This document shows, in pieces, positions 36,741 through 50,558 of a DNA stretch of 64,000 nt. Within the stretch, counting starts at the first letter, position 1. Each line of letters starts with the position of its first letter. The position numbers and the translations under genes are program-made. The notes under the pieces were generated by a model. That model was not told the DNA's origin. It did not search any database and worked only from the letters and a program-made list of their open reading frames with translations. The stretch is from contig JAVKOQ020000002.1 of the NCBI GenBank assembly GCA_031835245.2, forward strand, positions 248,001-312,000, given 5' to 3'. This DNA comes from Balamuthia mandrillaris. Taxonomy: Eukaryota.

Positions 36741-36978
36741 TATTAATTAGGCTAACCGAGGAACTCCATCAACGTTTGTTCTTTCATCCCTGCACCCCTT
36801 TCTTGCTTGCACTCTTCTCCCCTCCTTCCGCGGTGTTTTCGATGTCGTCTTGAAATCAAAGCTTACTCATTCACCCAACAAATTGCCTACTGTGCGGTGA
36901 CGGCATTCCCGTTGTTGCTGCACTACTCCGAAAAAAAAAAAAAAAAAAAAAACCAGAGCAAATAGTCATCTTTGTTAT

Positions 36979-37314
36979 TCAAAAGTTCTCAAGAATATTG
37001 CGCAACTTTCCAGTAAGCTCGCCCACCTTTGCCAAATTCTTGGCCGAGCTCAGCAGTTTGGAGAGATCATAGCTGCCTGGTTTTTTCTTGATTGCAATCA
37101 GGTAAGGGCAATTGGGATTGAAGTCCTCTATGGGAAAAAGGACGCTCGTTCGTTGGGAGTTCCACAGCCAGTCCCTGGTGTCAATGGAGATGGTTTTCCC
37201 TGGAGCCACCGTCGTCCTGCCAAAGAAGCCAATCAGAGGACGCCAATCCGTGGCCACGTCGTAGGTTTTTTTGGTGTCGTTGTAGATAATGATGTGAGTC
37301 TCCGGGCTTGCCAT
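36979..37314 (-). CDS. Small intronless orphan protein (111 aa) between direct repeats
   Basis: Clean ORF MASPETHIIIYNDTKKTYDVATDW... with globular, non-low-complexity composition and an A/C-rich leader before the ATG like other genes here. No family recognised. Confidence 0.6.
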   Translation of the reverse strand: MASPETHIIIYNDTKKTYDVATDWRPLIGFFGRTTVAPGKTISIDTRDWLWNSQRTSVLFPIEDFNPNCPYLIAIKKKPGSYDLSKLLSSAKNLAKVGELTGKLRNILENF

Positions 37315-37493
37315 TGTCTTGTGTTTTGGTTTTTGTTTGCAAATGCAAGGTTTGTCGTTTTAAAAAAACTATAAATAACGACGACTAAAATATAAATGAA
37401 ACCAGGTTCGGTGTTGAATTCGTGCTCCCCACGCGCTCGCGGGTCCGTTAGAATGCTGACGTTCGATCTTCGGCAATCTGCTGAGCGACCAAC

Positions 37494-37608
37494 GCGCAAT
37501 GGTTTGGTTTAGGAGTGATCCTTGTCGACACTAATTTTCCCCGCTAAGAATAGCAGGGAAGCTCAGGGACATTTTTTGCTGCCCTTTTTTCCCTTGCCAT
37601 TTCTTTTC
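37494..37608. repeat. Direct repeat copy 2 (115 bp)
   Basis: About 91% identical to 36627-36740. Confidence 0.95.
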
Positions 37609-37952
37609 AGTCACAGATATAGGATATAGGTCGACAACAATGTATTTACTGTTACACTTGCAAGAAAACATCACTGTTGGGTTTCGTGATGCGCAGGTCA
37701 CATCCTCCCTTTACGTGCCGGTTGACGTCATGGCGCCCCCTCCACCTCCTCCTCCTCCTCCCGGCAAAAAGTTTTAAATGCGGAGTGTACGTTTACGTTA
37801 CATTCATGGTTATGGAAACAAAACGTACACCATTACTGTAACAGAAAAGACACGTGTCTTTGTTGTTGCCTCACATCTCGTTGCTAATAAATGAATGCCT
37901 ACAGCAATATCAAAAAGAAAGTTGTTGCAAAAGAAAGCAAACAAACCACTTC

Positions 37953-40172
37953 ATGCTACCTCTTCGCCACTTCCTTGTTCTCCTTCTTCCTCTTTTCCTG
38001 GTTCTGCTTTCTTCTTCCTCTCCTGCCGTTTCCGCGACAACATGTGAGCCCTTTGCAGGCAGTCCCTCCACCGGCGGCCGCTGCGACGTCTTTCTCGTCG
38101 ACCCCAGGGCCAACGTCACCATCCCCACCGGCTCCACCTACGAGGAAGTGGAGGGGCGGGCTCGTGACCTCACCTTTGCCTTCTCCGGCGTGATCTCCCG
38201 GCCCTGCAGGGCGGCAGGCCTCCTCTTCACCTGCCTCTACGCCTTTCAGGGCTGCGGGCAGGAAGCGGGGCTGGAGTACTTCGGGGTCCTGCCCTGCAGA
38301 GAGGTCTGCACGCGGTTCTTCGAGCTGTGCGAGGAGGACTTTGCCAGGGCGGGGGAGGACGTGGAGCTGCCCATCACCCCGGCGGCCTGCTTGCTTTTGC
38401 CGGAGAGCAACGGCACGGCGGCGTGTAACGCAGGCCGCTATGACCTCGGTACGTTCACCTGATACTTCTTTGTTGCTTTTGGTCGTTCTTGTGCTTTTGT
38501 TGATGTTGTCCTTCTCGCTGTGCTATAACACCCGATGTACTCTTGAACATGTTCAGAGCCAGAGTATGTTCCAGAGGACTGCCCTCATCCCCTCGTCTTC
38601 GCCCAGGACGTGGCCCCCATCGCAGAGATGCCCACCCAACCCTCCATTGACAGCAAGACCGGTCGAGTGGGTCCCTGCATCCTGCCCTGTCCCTATCCTT
38701 ACTATTCCGAAGCTCAGCTGGATGGCACCTTCCTCACCTCCACCGTTGTGGCCTGGATCTCCTTGATTCTCTCCCTGTTCTACGTGCTGAGCTCCTTGTT
38801 GTCTCCTGCCAGGAGGTTCTTTCCTGCCAACCTCATCACTTGGGTCATGCTGTCGATGGCTGGATTAAGTTTGGGAGTGCTGTCGGGAACGTTTGTGGAG
38901 GGAGGGCAGAGGAAGGTCATTTGCCCAGCGGATAACAGGTATGCTTCTCAACAGGAAGGCGATGCGCCCTGTGTTATCCAAGGTTAGCTTTTTTCTTCTG
39001 TTTTGTTTTTCAAGTATTCACATATATTATTCATTATATGTTATGGGGTTACTTACTCAAGTTTCTGTTCTTCAACTTGCAAGCTTTGTTGATAACCTAC
39101 TTCTCCGTGAACACAGCGGCCTGGCTGTTGATCCTCTGCTTAAACACCTACTTGCTCTTCGTGAGGGAGATTTCTCAAGAAAGACTGGCCAAGTTCTACC
39201 CCCTCTATCACGTGGTGGCGTGGGTATGTCCCTTGATATCTTGTATCGTTGGTCTTTCTCTGGAGATGATGGAAGCCATTCCTGCTGGCTCCCATTGTCT
39301 TGTTGGTCATTTTGGAAATGGCCCCGATGGCTTGTGGCTCTGGCTTCTCGTTTTTGTGCCATGTAAGCTCTTGCCCTCCTTCTGTTATTCTCTCTCTCTC
39401 CCTCCCTCCCTCCCTCCCTCCCTCCCTTTATCACAGAGAAGGCTAATGCTTGGGTTTGGTTTGTTATAGCCATTCCAAGTACCATTTTGAGCTGCATATT
39501 CTTTGGGCTGGCTTTGTTTAAGTTATTCAAGGTTTGTTTGTTTTTCTCTCAACCTTTGTAACTCCAATATCTGTTAAAGCGAGTTTACAAAACAAGACAA
39601 ACTGAACCAACACAAAACCTTTCACAGGTGCGAGTCAAGAGCAGCTCCTCACAGATCAGCGTGACCGTGTTGGTCCGCTTCAGCATTGCAGTATTCAGCA
39701 TGTGGGTTACACTCGTTCTCCTCCTCGTGATTCGCATTTACTCCACAGCAGTGACGGACGATGTTGAGAATGCCGTCCAAGATCAGGTTATCATCAACTT
39801 TCTGCTTTCTCTCTTGTCTTGTCTTCTCTCTTGTCTCTTGCCTCTCTCTCATACATGTTGTTGTAGGTTATTTGCAGTGCCGTCACCGGAACCGAATGTG
39901 AGGTGGACTTTGTCTATTCCTATGGCATCTACTTCCTTCTGCCCTTCGTGGCAGGCATCCTTGGCACCCTGATGTTTGTCTCGCTGGCCTCTCCGGAGAC
40001 CTTCTTGGTGTGGGTGCGCCTCTACCGAGGAATACATTGGGGAGATCCCAAGCAGAGCTTCCACGACCTGAAAGACACCATCTCGCACAGAGAGGACGAC
40101 GGCACAAGCCTCAGCTCCTCCGTAAGACACCACACCACCAAGAAAGATGTAGATGAAAGTGTGGAGGAGTAG
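37953..40172 (+). CDS. Frizzled/smoothened-like GPCR (Fsl type; multi-exon)
   Basis: Signal peptide (MLPLRHFLVLLLPLFLVLL), cysteine-rich Fz-like domain (C..C..FTCLYAFQGC..LPCREVCTRFFELC), linker CILPCPYPYY, RRFFPAN after TM1, seven hydrophobic segments, and post-TM7 ETFLVW. Confidence 0.82.
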
Positions 40173-40391
40173 TTTGTTTGTTTGCAGTTTTGTTTTTTGT
40201 TGTAAATTGTAGTTTTTTTTTTTCATTCATTTCAGCATTCTCTTCTCTTCTCTCTTCTCTATTACCCTTCTCTCCTCTCCTCTCTCGTCTCTACTACTTG
40301 AAAATGTAAGGTATGCCAAACATGATAAAAATGAGTAAGAATGTTAGATATGAAAGTGTAGACACTCGCTCAGATTTCACGTCGACACGTA

Positions 40392-41315
40392 ATGAAAACG
40401 ATAGAAAGGAAAAAAGAGGAAGAGACCCACTTGATGGATGATAGACGAGGACGAAGCTCAGAGGACAGTCACAGAAATGCTGGCAGCAGGGAAAGGGACA
40501 GAGTAGAATATTCCTCCAGGTCCAGCAGGGAGCGAAGCGGTAGAAGCGGTGGAAGTACCAGCAGCGGGCGCTCACGCGAGGATTATTACTATTCCTCTTC
40601 TCATCATCGCTATTCCCCTTCCCCCGCTCCTTCCTCCTCCTCTTCGTCTTACTCTCCTTCGGTTTCTCGCTCCAGTGGCGACTATTCTCGCACTCCTTCC
40701 TCCTCCTCAACTTCTCATCACCGCCAACCACATCGCAATTACTCCTCCGCCGAGGAAGAACGCTCACAACAACACCGCGAAAATCTTCCCTCCACGCCTT
40801 CTTCTGCTTCTTCACACTATTCACGTTCACCTTATCAAACTCCCTCTTCTTCGCAACACCAACGTCACCATCCTCACCACCACCATCAGCGTGTACCCTC
40901 TCCTCCCTCCACTTCTTCATTGCCTCCTCCTCTTTCCTCTGCTCCTTCTCCTTCTCCCTCTCTTTCTTCTTCTTCCTCTTCTTTGCCTCCTCCTCCTCCA
41001 TCATCTATTATTCCTCCTCTTTCTTCTCCTTCTCCTGCTTCTTCTTCTCCCGCTGCAACAACAGCGTTGCCTCCTCTTCCTTCAACCGTTTCTCCTTCTC
41101 TTCCTTCGTCGGCGGCCAGAAAGACGTTGTTCTCGTCCGCAGAGAGGCAGCAACCTGCTGCTGTAATGGCACAACTTCTTGGCTCACCCGCTTGGACCCT
41201 TGCTGAGAGTCTTGACAAAGAGGTATCTCTTTGCTTCGTTTCTTCCCTTTTCTCTTTCTATTTATTTCTATACTCTCTCTCTCTCTCTCTCTCTCTGCTC
41301 TTTTTTCCTCCTGTT

Positions 41316-41365
<50 letters not shown>

Positions 41366-41782
41366 TTTTCCTCTCCGGTGATTTCTTTGACTTATCTCGT
41401 TTCATTCAACACCCAAAAACTAAAGTTGACAAGAATAAGAGACGAAGTGGAGACAATAGACTTTACTCTGATGAAGCAATCACGAGCCCTTCACACCAGC
41501 CAATACGAGCTTCAACGAAAGCAGCTGAGCATCGCCGCTGTCGACATGAAACTCTCCACCATCCAAAAACACATCGACGACTTGCAGACAACCGGAAAGT
41601 TGTCTTCTCTCTCTTCATCCTCTTCCAGGACAGACCTTTCATCGCTGTCCTCGTCTTCTTCTTTATCAACATTGGAGCAAGAAAAGGAACGTGAACCGCA
41701 ACAACAAGCAACAACGAACGAACAAGAAGCTCCCGCTTCTTTTTCTGGTCCAGCTCCTCCTAAGAAACAACGCCTCAAATAA
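40392..41782 (+). CDS. Unknown Ser/Arg/Pro-rich protein with a short coiled coil (2 exons; start uncertain)
   Basis: Long ORF, an intron after SLDKE, a second exon LTRIRDEVETIDFTLMKQSRALHTSQYELQRKQL (coiled coil), and a C-terminal NLS-like PPKKQRLK. Confidence 0.6.
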
Positions 41783-41937
41783 TGCTATTCATCATTGCCC
41801 CCTTTTGTTTATTGTACTCTTCTCTTCTTGTTCTTCTCTTCTTCTCTTCTTCTTTCTTCCTTCTTCTTTCTTCTATCTTCTTTCTTCTTTCTTCTTCTAA
41901 CACTTTACTTTCAAAAGAAGAATACTATCATATATTA

Positions 41938-44369
41938 TTACAACAAGACTTCCAGGTTCTTTGGTTCAATGGTCAACGACTTGAGATACATTTCTTCCTC
42001 GCTGTAGTTGCTATGTGCAGGAAAGTGGTGCAACAAGGTGGAGATCTGATGAACGTGATGAAAGTTAAAGGGAACCATTTGATAGCTCAGAGTGTCCAGG
42101 ATGAGAGCCCACACGCACTTTCGCTTGGTAAAGTTAATGAGCACAGCGTTGTTGTGGATGATGTCGTCGTCATTTGCTTCTTCCACGAATGCCAAGTCTC
42201 GCAGATGTAGTCCTCTTTTTGAAGAGAGAGAGAGAGAGGAGAGAGATGAGAATGAAGGTAAGAAAAGGAAGGAAAAGACTTACAGGAAGGGAATGGCTGG
42301 AGCTTTGGCTTTATTAAAGTATTCGCGATATTTTTCATATGAGTTCTCATGGCTCAAGAGCTTCTCCAACTCTTCCAAAATCTGTTTTGAACCCCATATA
42401 AGAAGTGTAAAGAATGGAGAGAAGAAGGAAAGAATGAAGCGTACTTTGAGAGTTTCACGCGGTAACTCTCGCCGAGTGAAGCGAAGACGATACACTGCGA
42501 CATTGTTTAGCCCAGAGAACACGGCCATTAGCGTGTTAAAATTGCCTTGCTTTCTTAGGTGCTGCAAACAAACAAAAAAGAAAGGATAAAGAAAAGCAAT
42601 GAGTGTGTTAGCAAAAGAACAATAAACTGCTAAACTGCAAGCAAATAACTTACATCTGCAATTTTGATAAAACGGGCCATGACCTTGGCTCGCTGTTTCA
42701 CTTTCTGTACATCAAGAATGCTGGTGGTGACCCACCGCGCTATCTCGTTGAAACGCCTCAAACAGGCGACCACGGTTGGGGCTCGTTGCTCTGCCTCCAC
42801 CGGATCGCACCATGCATTACACAACAGCTCTGATGGCTTCATAAAATTGTTTTTTCTTGGTTAAAAAGATAATAAGTAAAGAAGCTAAAAACAAGTTTGT
42901 CCGTGTACCTGTATAGCGACGTACAATTCGAATTCCAACAGCGTGAGTTGACGAGCGATCTCCTCCTCGTCGACGGCGTCCAGGGTGAGAGTGGGGGAGA
43001 AGATATTCTTTGGCACTTTTGGTTCTGGGGTGTTGGTGTACTCTACTCTCTGTTGTGGTTCTTCCAGTTTGCTCCCTTCCTGTGATAGTTGAGAATAACT
43101 TAAACAAAGCAAAATAACACAGTCAGAAGAAATAAATAAAAATACCAGTTTAGCTAGAGCGTTCCGAAGTTGCATTGCGAGTTTGAGATGGCCTTCGGTG
43201 ACAAGGGTGTTGTCTATCCAGGTGTTGAGAGAGGAAACGAGTTTCTCGTTCCAATCTGGCTGGTGGTTTTCCAGCCAATATTTGATCACGGTGAAGATGC
43301 GGTGGTGGATTTGTTTCCTCATGGTGAGGCCTTTGCTGTCTATCACATTACTGACCATGTGATACCTTGAAACAAAAATGAGCGCAACGAAGAACAGTGG
43401 AGTACCCAGAAGGAAAACATACCTCTGTATCAGCTTTGAAAGCAAGACTTCAGGTGTGGTAAAAGACTGGTAAGTGAAGAGGAAGATCTTTCGAAAGTCC
43501 AAGTCTGGATTGCTGATGGAGGTGAGCCAGGCCACCAATGTGTTGAGGTTGCCAGCCTGCACTTCCTTTGTGTCTTTATCCAACAAAAGGTTAGTCGCAT
43601 GTTCTTCTGCGTACATCTCTGCAAGTTCCTGTTGTCCCTCTAGAATAGATAGTTAAGCAATGAAGCGTGATGAAGTATGGAAGAAGAAGAAGAAGCAGGA
43701 GAAGAATAAGAGAGAAGAGAGAAGAAGAAACCTTCATCAAAAGCATTGGCCGGCATAAAGTCGTAAACATGCACTTCGGCATCATCCTCGTCGTCCTCTT
43801 CGGAAGGCAACGGGTCGAACACTCGGTTGGGGTCATCTATTCCAACTTGCAATAACCGTTTTAACGTTTCGGGCGGGAGTTCTTCTGAGTTGACATCTAA
43901 CCAAGAAGAAAAAAAAGGAAAGAATACGATTCTCTGCATTAGAAACTACAAAAAAAAAAAGAACAGTGAATAAAACGAGGGCTCACATTTCACTCCACTT
44001 TCTTCTTCCAAGAGTTGAGCCGTTTCATGAAGGCCTTCTTCTCTCAAGCATTGAAGGATGAGCTTCAGTTTAACCACGTGAGATAACGTTTCTTTGACTT
44101 CAGTCTTGCTGGAGTTGATGACACGACCGAAAGATGCGGCCTGACCCAGTGGCCGAAACCGCTCTCGCAGTTCCAATACTTCTGGATGTTTGCGCATCAC
44201 TCGAGGCAGCCATTGAGAGCGAGGCACCATTATAGCTGTCATTTGGGAGAAGGAAAGGGTTTAGGGAACAAAAATGTGAAAGAACCAAAGGGAATGAAGA
44301 ACCTTCCGTGATGGAAGGATCCAAGCCTGCGCTAAGTCGGGACTCTGTCCGCAACAGTAGTTTTTCCAT
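41938..44369 (-). CDS. Ras guanine nucleotide exchange factor with LisH, REM (RasGEF_N) and CDC25 domains
   Basis: LisH (LKLILQCLREEGLHETAQLLEEESG), REM (VQAGNLNTLVAWLT..FLFTYQSFTTPEVLLSKLIQRY) and CDC25 (EIARQLTLLEFELY; RFNEIARWV; NFNTLMAVFSGL; PAIPFL; LINFTKR). Confidence 0.93.
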
Positions 44370-44622
44370 TTTATATTCCTGTTCGTTTCGTTTCGCTTGC
44401 CTGTCGAACGAGGATGAAAGCCACCCAGAGTCTTCAGCATAAACCTGTTCTGCTCCGCTTTCCTCCTTTTTTTTGTTGCGTGAAGAGGCACGTTGCTGAC
44501 GTCAACAAATCTCCTTTTGTGCAATTGTTTTGAGGAGCTAACTTGTTTCCCAAGCTCAAACCTGCGGTAAGAGAAGAAGAGAGAAGAGAAGAACAGAGAA
44601 AATAGAGAAGACACGGATTCAT

Positions 44623-44972
44623 TCAAGAAAAGAGAAACACAACGATACGGTTCCAAAGAAACGCCAAACCCAAGTCAGCAAACATCACTGTCAACAGTGT
44701 GGATTGCAACTATTTTTTTTAAAGAAAAAGGTAAGCAAGAAGAAAAGAAGAGGAGAAGCAGAAAAAAAAAGTACCGCAGGGGGAAGCAGCACAAGCTCCA
44801 AAAATTCGTTGAACGGGGGGACTAGTTGGGTGGCAGCCAAGAAAGTGAAGCCAGCGGTAGCTCCCAATCCATACATTAACGCTTTGTTCTCTGTCAAGCC
44901 TTCCATGAATGGACGTCCCTGTGTGCATTTTTTATTGTGTGTGTGTGCGTGCGTGTTGGTTTTGAACGGCAG

Positions 44973-45016
<44 letters not shown>

Positions 45017-45457
45017 GGCATACTCTGTAGTTAACAGCAAAAGTGGCCACTTGCATCGTCGTAGAAATGAGGAATACAGCTGTGTTCACGATGTTTGGAG
45101 TGAACAACGCCTCCTCTTCCGCTCCTGAAGACGCCGAAGATGCTGTCTCCTCTTCCAAAGCCAAAGAATTCACTGTAAAGAGATAAGTTCAAATAAGTAT
45201 AAAAGCTAAGAAAAACAAAGAGACAACAAGCAGGAAAACTGGAGAGACAGCTAACCATCAACAGGTTGCTCAGCAGCATCAGAGTAAAGATGAGCTTGTT
45301 GAGAGATGTAAATAAGGCTAGAGAGATGGATGATAACTTGTCCGATCAACGAAAGCACGATAGACAAAGAAAACACTGAAGATGGCGGTCGTTGAGGAGC
45401 CAATCTAGACAGAGGCTACAGCGATAAAATGGGATTAACAGTTGATACAAGTGAGAA

Positions 45458-45488
<31 letters not shown>

Positions 45489-48400
45489 CAACACGAGAAA
45501 TGAACGACACTAACCTTGGATTGAGAGATAAATAAGAAGCAAAGTGCTATCAGCATTCCAGCCGCTGTCGCTTGTCTTCACAAGACAGAATAATTAATTA
45601 AGCTTAACCAAACAACGAAGTAACAATAAAAACTCAAAAAAACAGTAACTTACATATCGCCAAGACGAATGCCATCCAAGTAAAGCACGCTCAGAGAGTA
45701 TGCATTAATTACGCAGTTGAGCGCCAAAATCTTGAACATCTGCATCGTGGTAACCAGAGTACAACGTCCTTGTCGGATGATGTCGATCACTGGCAAGACT
45801 GACGTGCTCTTTGCGGTGAAGGGAGATGCGATAGAGGCATCTCCAATGCGAACCGGTTGGGAGCCTTCCTCTTGTTCCTCCAATAGAGCAGCCAAAGTGA
45901 GGTTAGCCGCTCCCGTTGGACGTTTTTTCTTCGAGACAGAAGGTGATGAGGAGGAAGCGGAAGAAGAGGATGCTGATGGTCGTTTGTGTTTGGCACCTTT
46001 TCGCTGTGACATTATGAGAAGATATCAAGAAGTAAGAGATGTGAAGTAGAGAACAAAACAGCGCAAAGTGAACAAAAATGAACAGAAAAGAGAACCTGTT
46101 TCAGAGAAGCTGAAGGACCAGCTTTAGCAGATTTCGATGTAGTGCTCCTATCTGATGAAGATGCAGAGGCAGCACCCTCTCCGCTGGTCTTAGTTTTACT
46201 GCTTCCTTCATTTGAACTGGTCAACAAAGCAACGCCAACATGAGCTTGCTTCAAGGCACCAACGTCGTTGGTTCCATCTCCACACATCAATGTGGTGTAG
46301 CCGAAGCTCTTCATTTTGGCCACGATGAGCTGTTTGTGTTGAGGGGAGACACGAGCCCAAACGGAAACTTGAGGAACAAGCTGCTTCCATTCTCTTACCG
46401 GTCGGTTGGTTTGTTGCAGCCAGTCTAAAGCTTGGCCAGAGAGACAGAGCTCATAGCCATCCTCAGCTTTCGCTATTACTTCATCTGCGTTTTCCAGTCC
46501 GTTTTTTCTGAGTTGTTGCAGAGCTTTTTTGGACATTGGAAGAGGCAGCATTCGCCCTTTGGCTCCTTCGAATGGTAAGCGAACGGTCTCGTCGACAGAC
46601 ACCCAATAGGCTTTCTCTTTTCCGCTTTCTTGTTGGATGGTAAGAATGAGAACAGGCTTCTTTAGGATATCGAGTTCGGTGGCTACTTGGCAGGCCGTCA
46701 AAGTGTTATCGCCAGTTATCATTGTCACCTTTATAAAACATTCAAAATTTAAGTTAAAAGAAGCAAAAGATAGAAGAGAGGTAGTAGAGACCATGTGAGA
46801 AGCCTGAATGAGGGCACGCATTGTAACCAACGACTCTTTTTTGAGGATTGATTTGAAGACCAAAAAACCAGCAAATGTCAAGTCGCATTCTATCTCTTCT
46901 CTCGGAATAGCATTTAACTGTATTTATCCAATAAAAGATAACCTTGAGTCATCAACATAAAGAAAGGAGAGACAAGAGTGACTAGAAAGAGACCTTGCTG
47001 GCGTTAACGTAGCTCATAGGTTTATATCCAACAGCGATCACACGAAAACCTTTACGAGAATAGTGCTTATAGGTTTGTGTATAATGGGACGGAACCTTTT
47101 TAAAAGATTGCAGCGCATTAGCAAAGCAAACGGGACAGTTTTGAATCTCAAGCACCTACCTCTGTGAAAAATGGTTGCATTGTTTCAGGGGCGCCTTTGG
47201 CTGTGACCATGAGAGTGGAGGCGCTCTCGTGATCAAGAGATACAACAGTGGCCATCCTCTTCAGCTCTGACGTGAAGTGAAACCTACGCACAATGCGCAC
47301 TTGGCCTGGTCGACCATGGCTGCGGCCAACACTAACTTCTCCTACATTATTAAGTGTAATTAGTCTGTTGTTCGCGCTGCTCTTATATTTTCTTTCTTGT
47401 TTTCATCTTTGTCATTATCTTCTCATTCAAGTCAATCTCTTTCCACAAACCTTTAGTATAACTCCAATTGATGCCTTCCAATGCAGCTACTTCCATAGGA
47501 TCACCCACTTGTTTTCCGTTAAGGTAGACCAACGAGTGACAACCAGCAATGGCCAATGTTTGTTCCCAATCCAACTCTTTTGGATCGTTAAGGGCAAGCG
47601 GATCGCTTTTTTGAAAAACGTAAGCAAATACCAATAGCTGAACGAAACAAAGATAAATCGCAAGAGAGAGAGAGAGAGAGAGAGAGAGTACTCAAGGCCA
47701 GCAACGCCCTCCAAGATCAGCTTATCACTGGTCAAGGTACCAGTTTTATCAAAACAACATATCTGAACTTTTCCAGCAAATGGAATGCGGAATGGCTCCG
47801 TACAAAATATACCTATATCAAATGAAAGATGAGCAAAGTGAATAATATAATGCTGAACAGTTAAAAAAAGAACTAACCAAGTCGACGAAGGGCAACCAGA
47901 GAGGTGTTGACAGCTAAAGAGAGCTCTGTAGGAAGCTCGGGGGGTACCACCGACGTAATGACAAGCGCACACTCCAGAAAGAGTTTCCATCTGCTGCGTG
48001 ACTCGTCCTGCAAACCTGTTTGTGTATTTTGTTGGCAAACATGCTCTTTAATTTCTTTTCTTTCAACCCAAACCTTTGTAGAGCACATAGCCAGAAGCGG
48101 CAATAGCAAAGCAAAGAAGGCAACCGATGAACAAAAAGGTTTCCAACGTGTTAGCTGTCACTCTCTCGGACGAAAACATAATTGTCCGCATCAATTTGCC
48201 CTTTTTGACAATACGAAAGAAATGGTCATAAGTGGTGTGAGAGAGAGAAGAATAAAAGAAAGTACCTGGCTCGTGTAGAAACCGGTGCGAAGGACATAAA
48301 CGATGCATCCACCATCAGGAGCTGTAGTACCAAATGAGCAAGAGAGAGAGAGAGAGAGAGAGAGAGCAAAAATAACCTCTTAGGCGATAATTTTCTTCTG

Positions 48401-48932
48401 TTTTGGAAACAGCAGAAGCCTGAACTATGGTAGTACCACCAAATATGACGTGTATGTGGTCAGTACTGTTCGAGATGTTGAAATTCTCGTCACCGTTGCG
48501 ATACTGGATGCTTTCCTAAATCATATATTAAGAATCACAGAGAACGAGATGTGGCAAAAGCAATCAGAGAGAAAGGGTGTGTACCTTCAACTGTGGCGTG
48601 CTTTCGCCGGTGAGCATTGCTTCATCGACTACACACGAGCCAGACAACAACAGCACATCACCTGCAACGAATAAGGCACATTACAATTATGAAGAAAAAA
48701 AAATCATAATCAAGAAGGGAGTAAAAGTACATGGGCAAATGGTCTCATCGTTCAGTCGAACCAATGAACAAATATCTCCAGGTAAAAGCTCTTTGGCAGA
48801 GACTTGAGTCCATTTGCCCTCCCTATAAACAAACATGTTTTGTTTGGGTTTTGCCATCTCTGCCATCTCACGCAATACTTTCAAGTTTTGTATCCGCTAT
48901 TATGGGAAATACGTGAGAAAAGAGGAGGAAAC

Positions 48933-48975
<43 letters not shown>

Positions 48976-49617
48976 GCTCTGCTCACCGTTTGTACCACTG
49001 AGGACTCAAAGACTACTAACATGACCAACGTCAACAAGCTAAAGTACCAATAGGCATCAAAGAACCAAAGACACACGCAAAAGACCTGAAAGACAAAGAA
49101 AGGAGCCAGCGCCTGTTCTTTGAACAACTCCGCAAACGAAGGTAATGGGATTTGAAAGCTGAAGTATAACGTAAGAACGTCAGAGCATATAACAAAAAGG
49201 AAGAAAGAGAACTAAACAAAGCGACAAAGACAACTTCAACCGACAAACGATAAGAACAAACAAAAGGAAACGGAGTGAGTACTCATTCTGTTGCCATTTG
49301 CGTTGAGCGCGATGCAGGTCACCAGCGGTGGTATGTCCCTTGACGGATTGATATACCTCCAGTTGACCCGACACAGGAAAATCCAGCTTCCTGAACCGGC
49401 CTTCTCCTTGGTCAAAGACAAAAGTACGCTGCTGATAAATAAACCACAACCGCTCTCCTTCAGCACCGTCCTCGCTCTCATCCTGTCCAATCACCATGAT
49501 GCAAAGCATAAGCACAAGAAGCAAGTGGCAAGAAAGAAGAAGAAGAAGAAGAACAAGAAGAAGAAGAACAAGAACAAGAAGAAGAAGAAGAAGAAGAACA
49601 AGAACAAGAACAAGAAC

Positions 49618-49651
<34 letters not shown>

Positions 49652-50434
49652 AGAAGAAGAACAAGAACAAGAAACAAGAACAAGAACAAGAACGAGAACA
49701 AGAACAAGAACAAGAACAAGAACAAGAACAAGAACAAGAACAAGAACAAGAACGAGAACAAGAACAAGAACAAGAACAAGAACAAGAACGAGAACAAGAA
49801 CAAGAACGAGAACAAGAACAAGAACAAGAACAAGAACAAGAACAAGAACAAGAACAAGAACAAGAACAAGAACAAGAACAAGAAGAACAAGAAGACGTCA
49901 GCGTGAAGAGAGCACAATGAACAGAACAGCAAAGCCGCGAGATAGAAAAGCGCTCCTACCTGACGATGAAGAGCACAAAGCATGGTTGGCCCTTTGTGCG
50001 CAGCAGGAGGAGCGACCCTCACAAAATCCGCTTTCCTCACATCAGACACCTTTTTTTTTGTTTGAGAGTTTAACAAGTAGCGGAAGCGATTGAAATGATT
50101 GAAAATCACTCCACAACGAACGAACCTTTCGATAGGCAAAGAAACAGCGAGCGTTGACCGACCAGTGCATAGCCAAGAAGGATAGAACGTGAAGAACGAA
50201 CAGCACGGGCAAGCCCAACAGCCAGAGGGCGTTCTTGTCCTCATCCATGTGCAGAAGGTAGGCGGTGAGGACGGCCGCGTAACCCAGCACGAACGGCACG
50301 ACGTTGAGCCAAAACCATGGAGAAAGGGCCTTGTGGTAAGTGAGAGCGAGGCTCAGCTTGGTTTTCCTGGGGCTCGCTCCAGCCGAGGAAGAGAAAGAGG
50401 CCGAAGAAGAAGAAGAACCACTTTTCTGTTTCAT
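44623..50434 (-). CDS. ATP13A1: P5A-type ATPase (ATP13A1/Spf1; many exons)
   Basis: [140 protein letters not shown]. Confidence 0.96.
49530..49895. repeat. Intronic (AAG)n/(GAACAA)n microsatellite in the P5A ATPase gene
   Basis: Directly visible. Confidence 0.92.
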
Positions 50435-50558
50435 CTTTCTTTTTCGACCAATAAATGCGGTGAATAATTGTCGATATTATTTAGTAATTTCGATAGTATC
50501 GTTAAGCGTGGAAATATTTTCTTCTTTTTTGTTTCTATCGGATATTTTGCGATAATGG

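Noticed and set aside
36931..36952. Poly(A) tail indicating the orphan ORF is a retrocopy
   Set aside because: The run is poly(T) on the ORF's coding strand, which is the wrong orientation for a retrotransposed mRNA tail.
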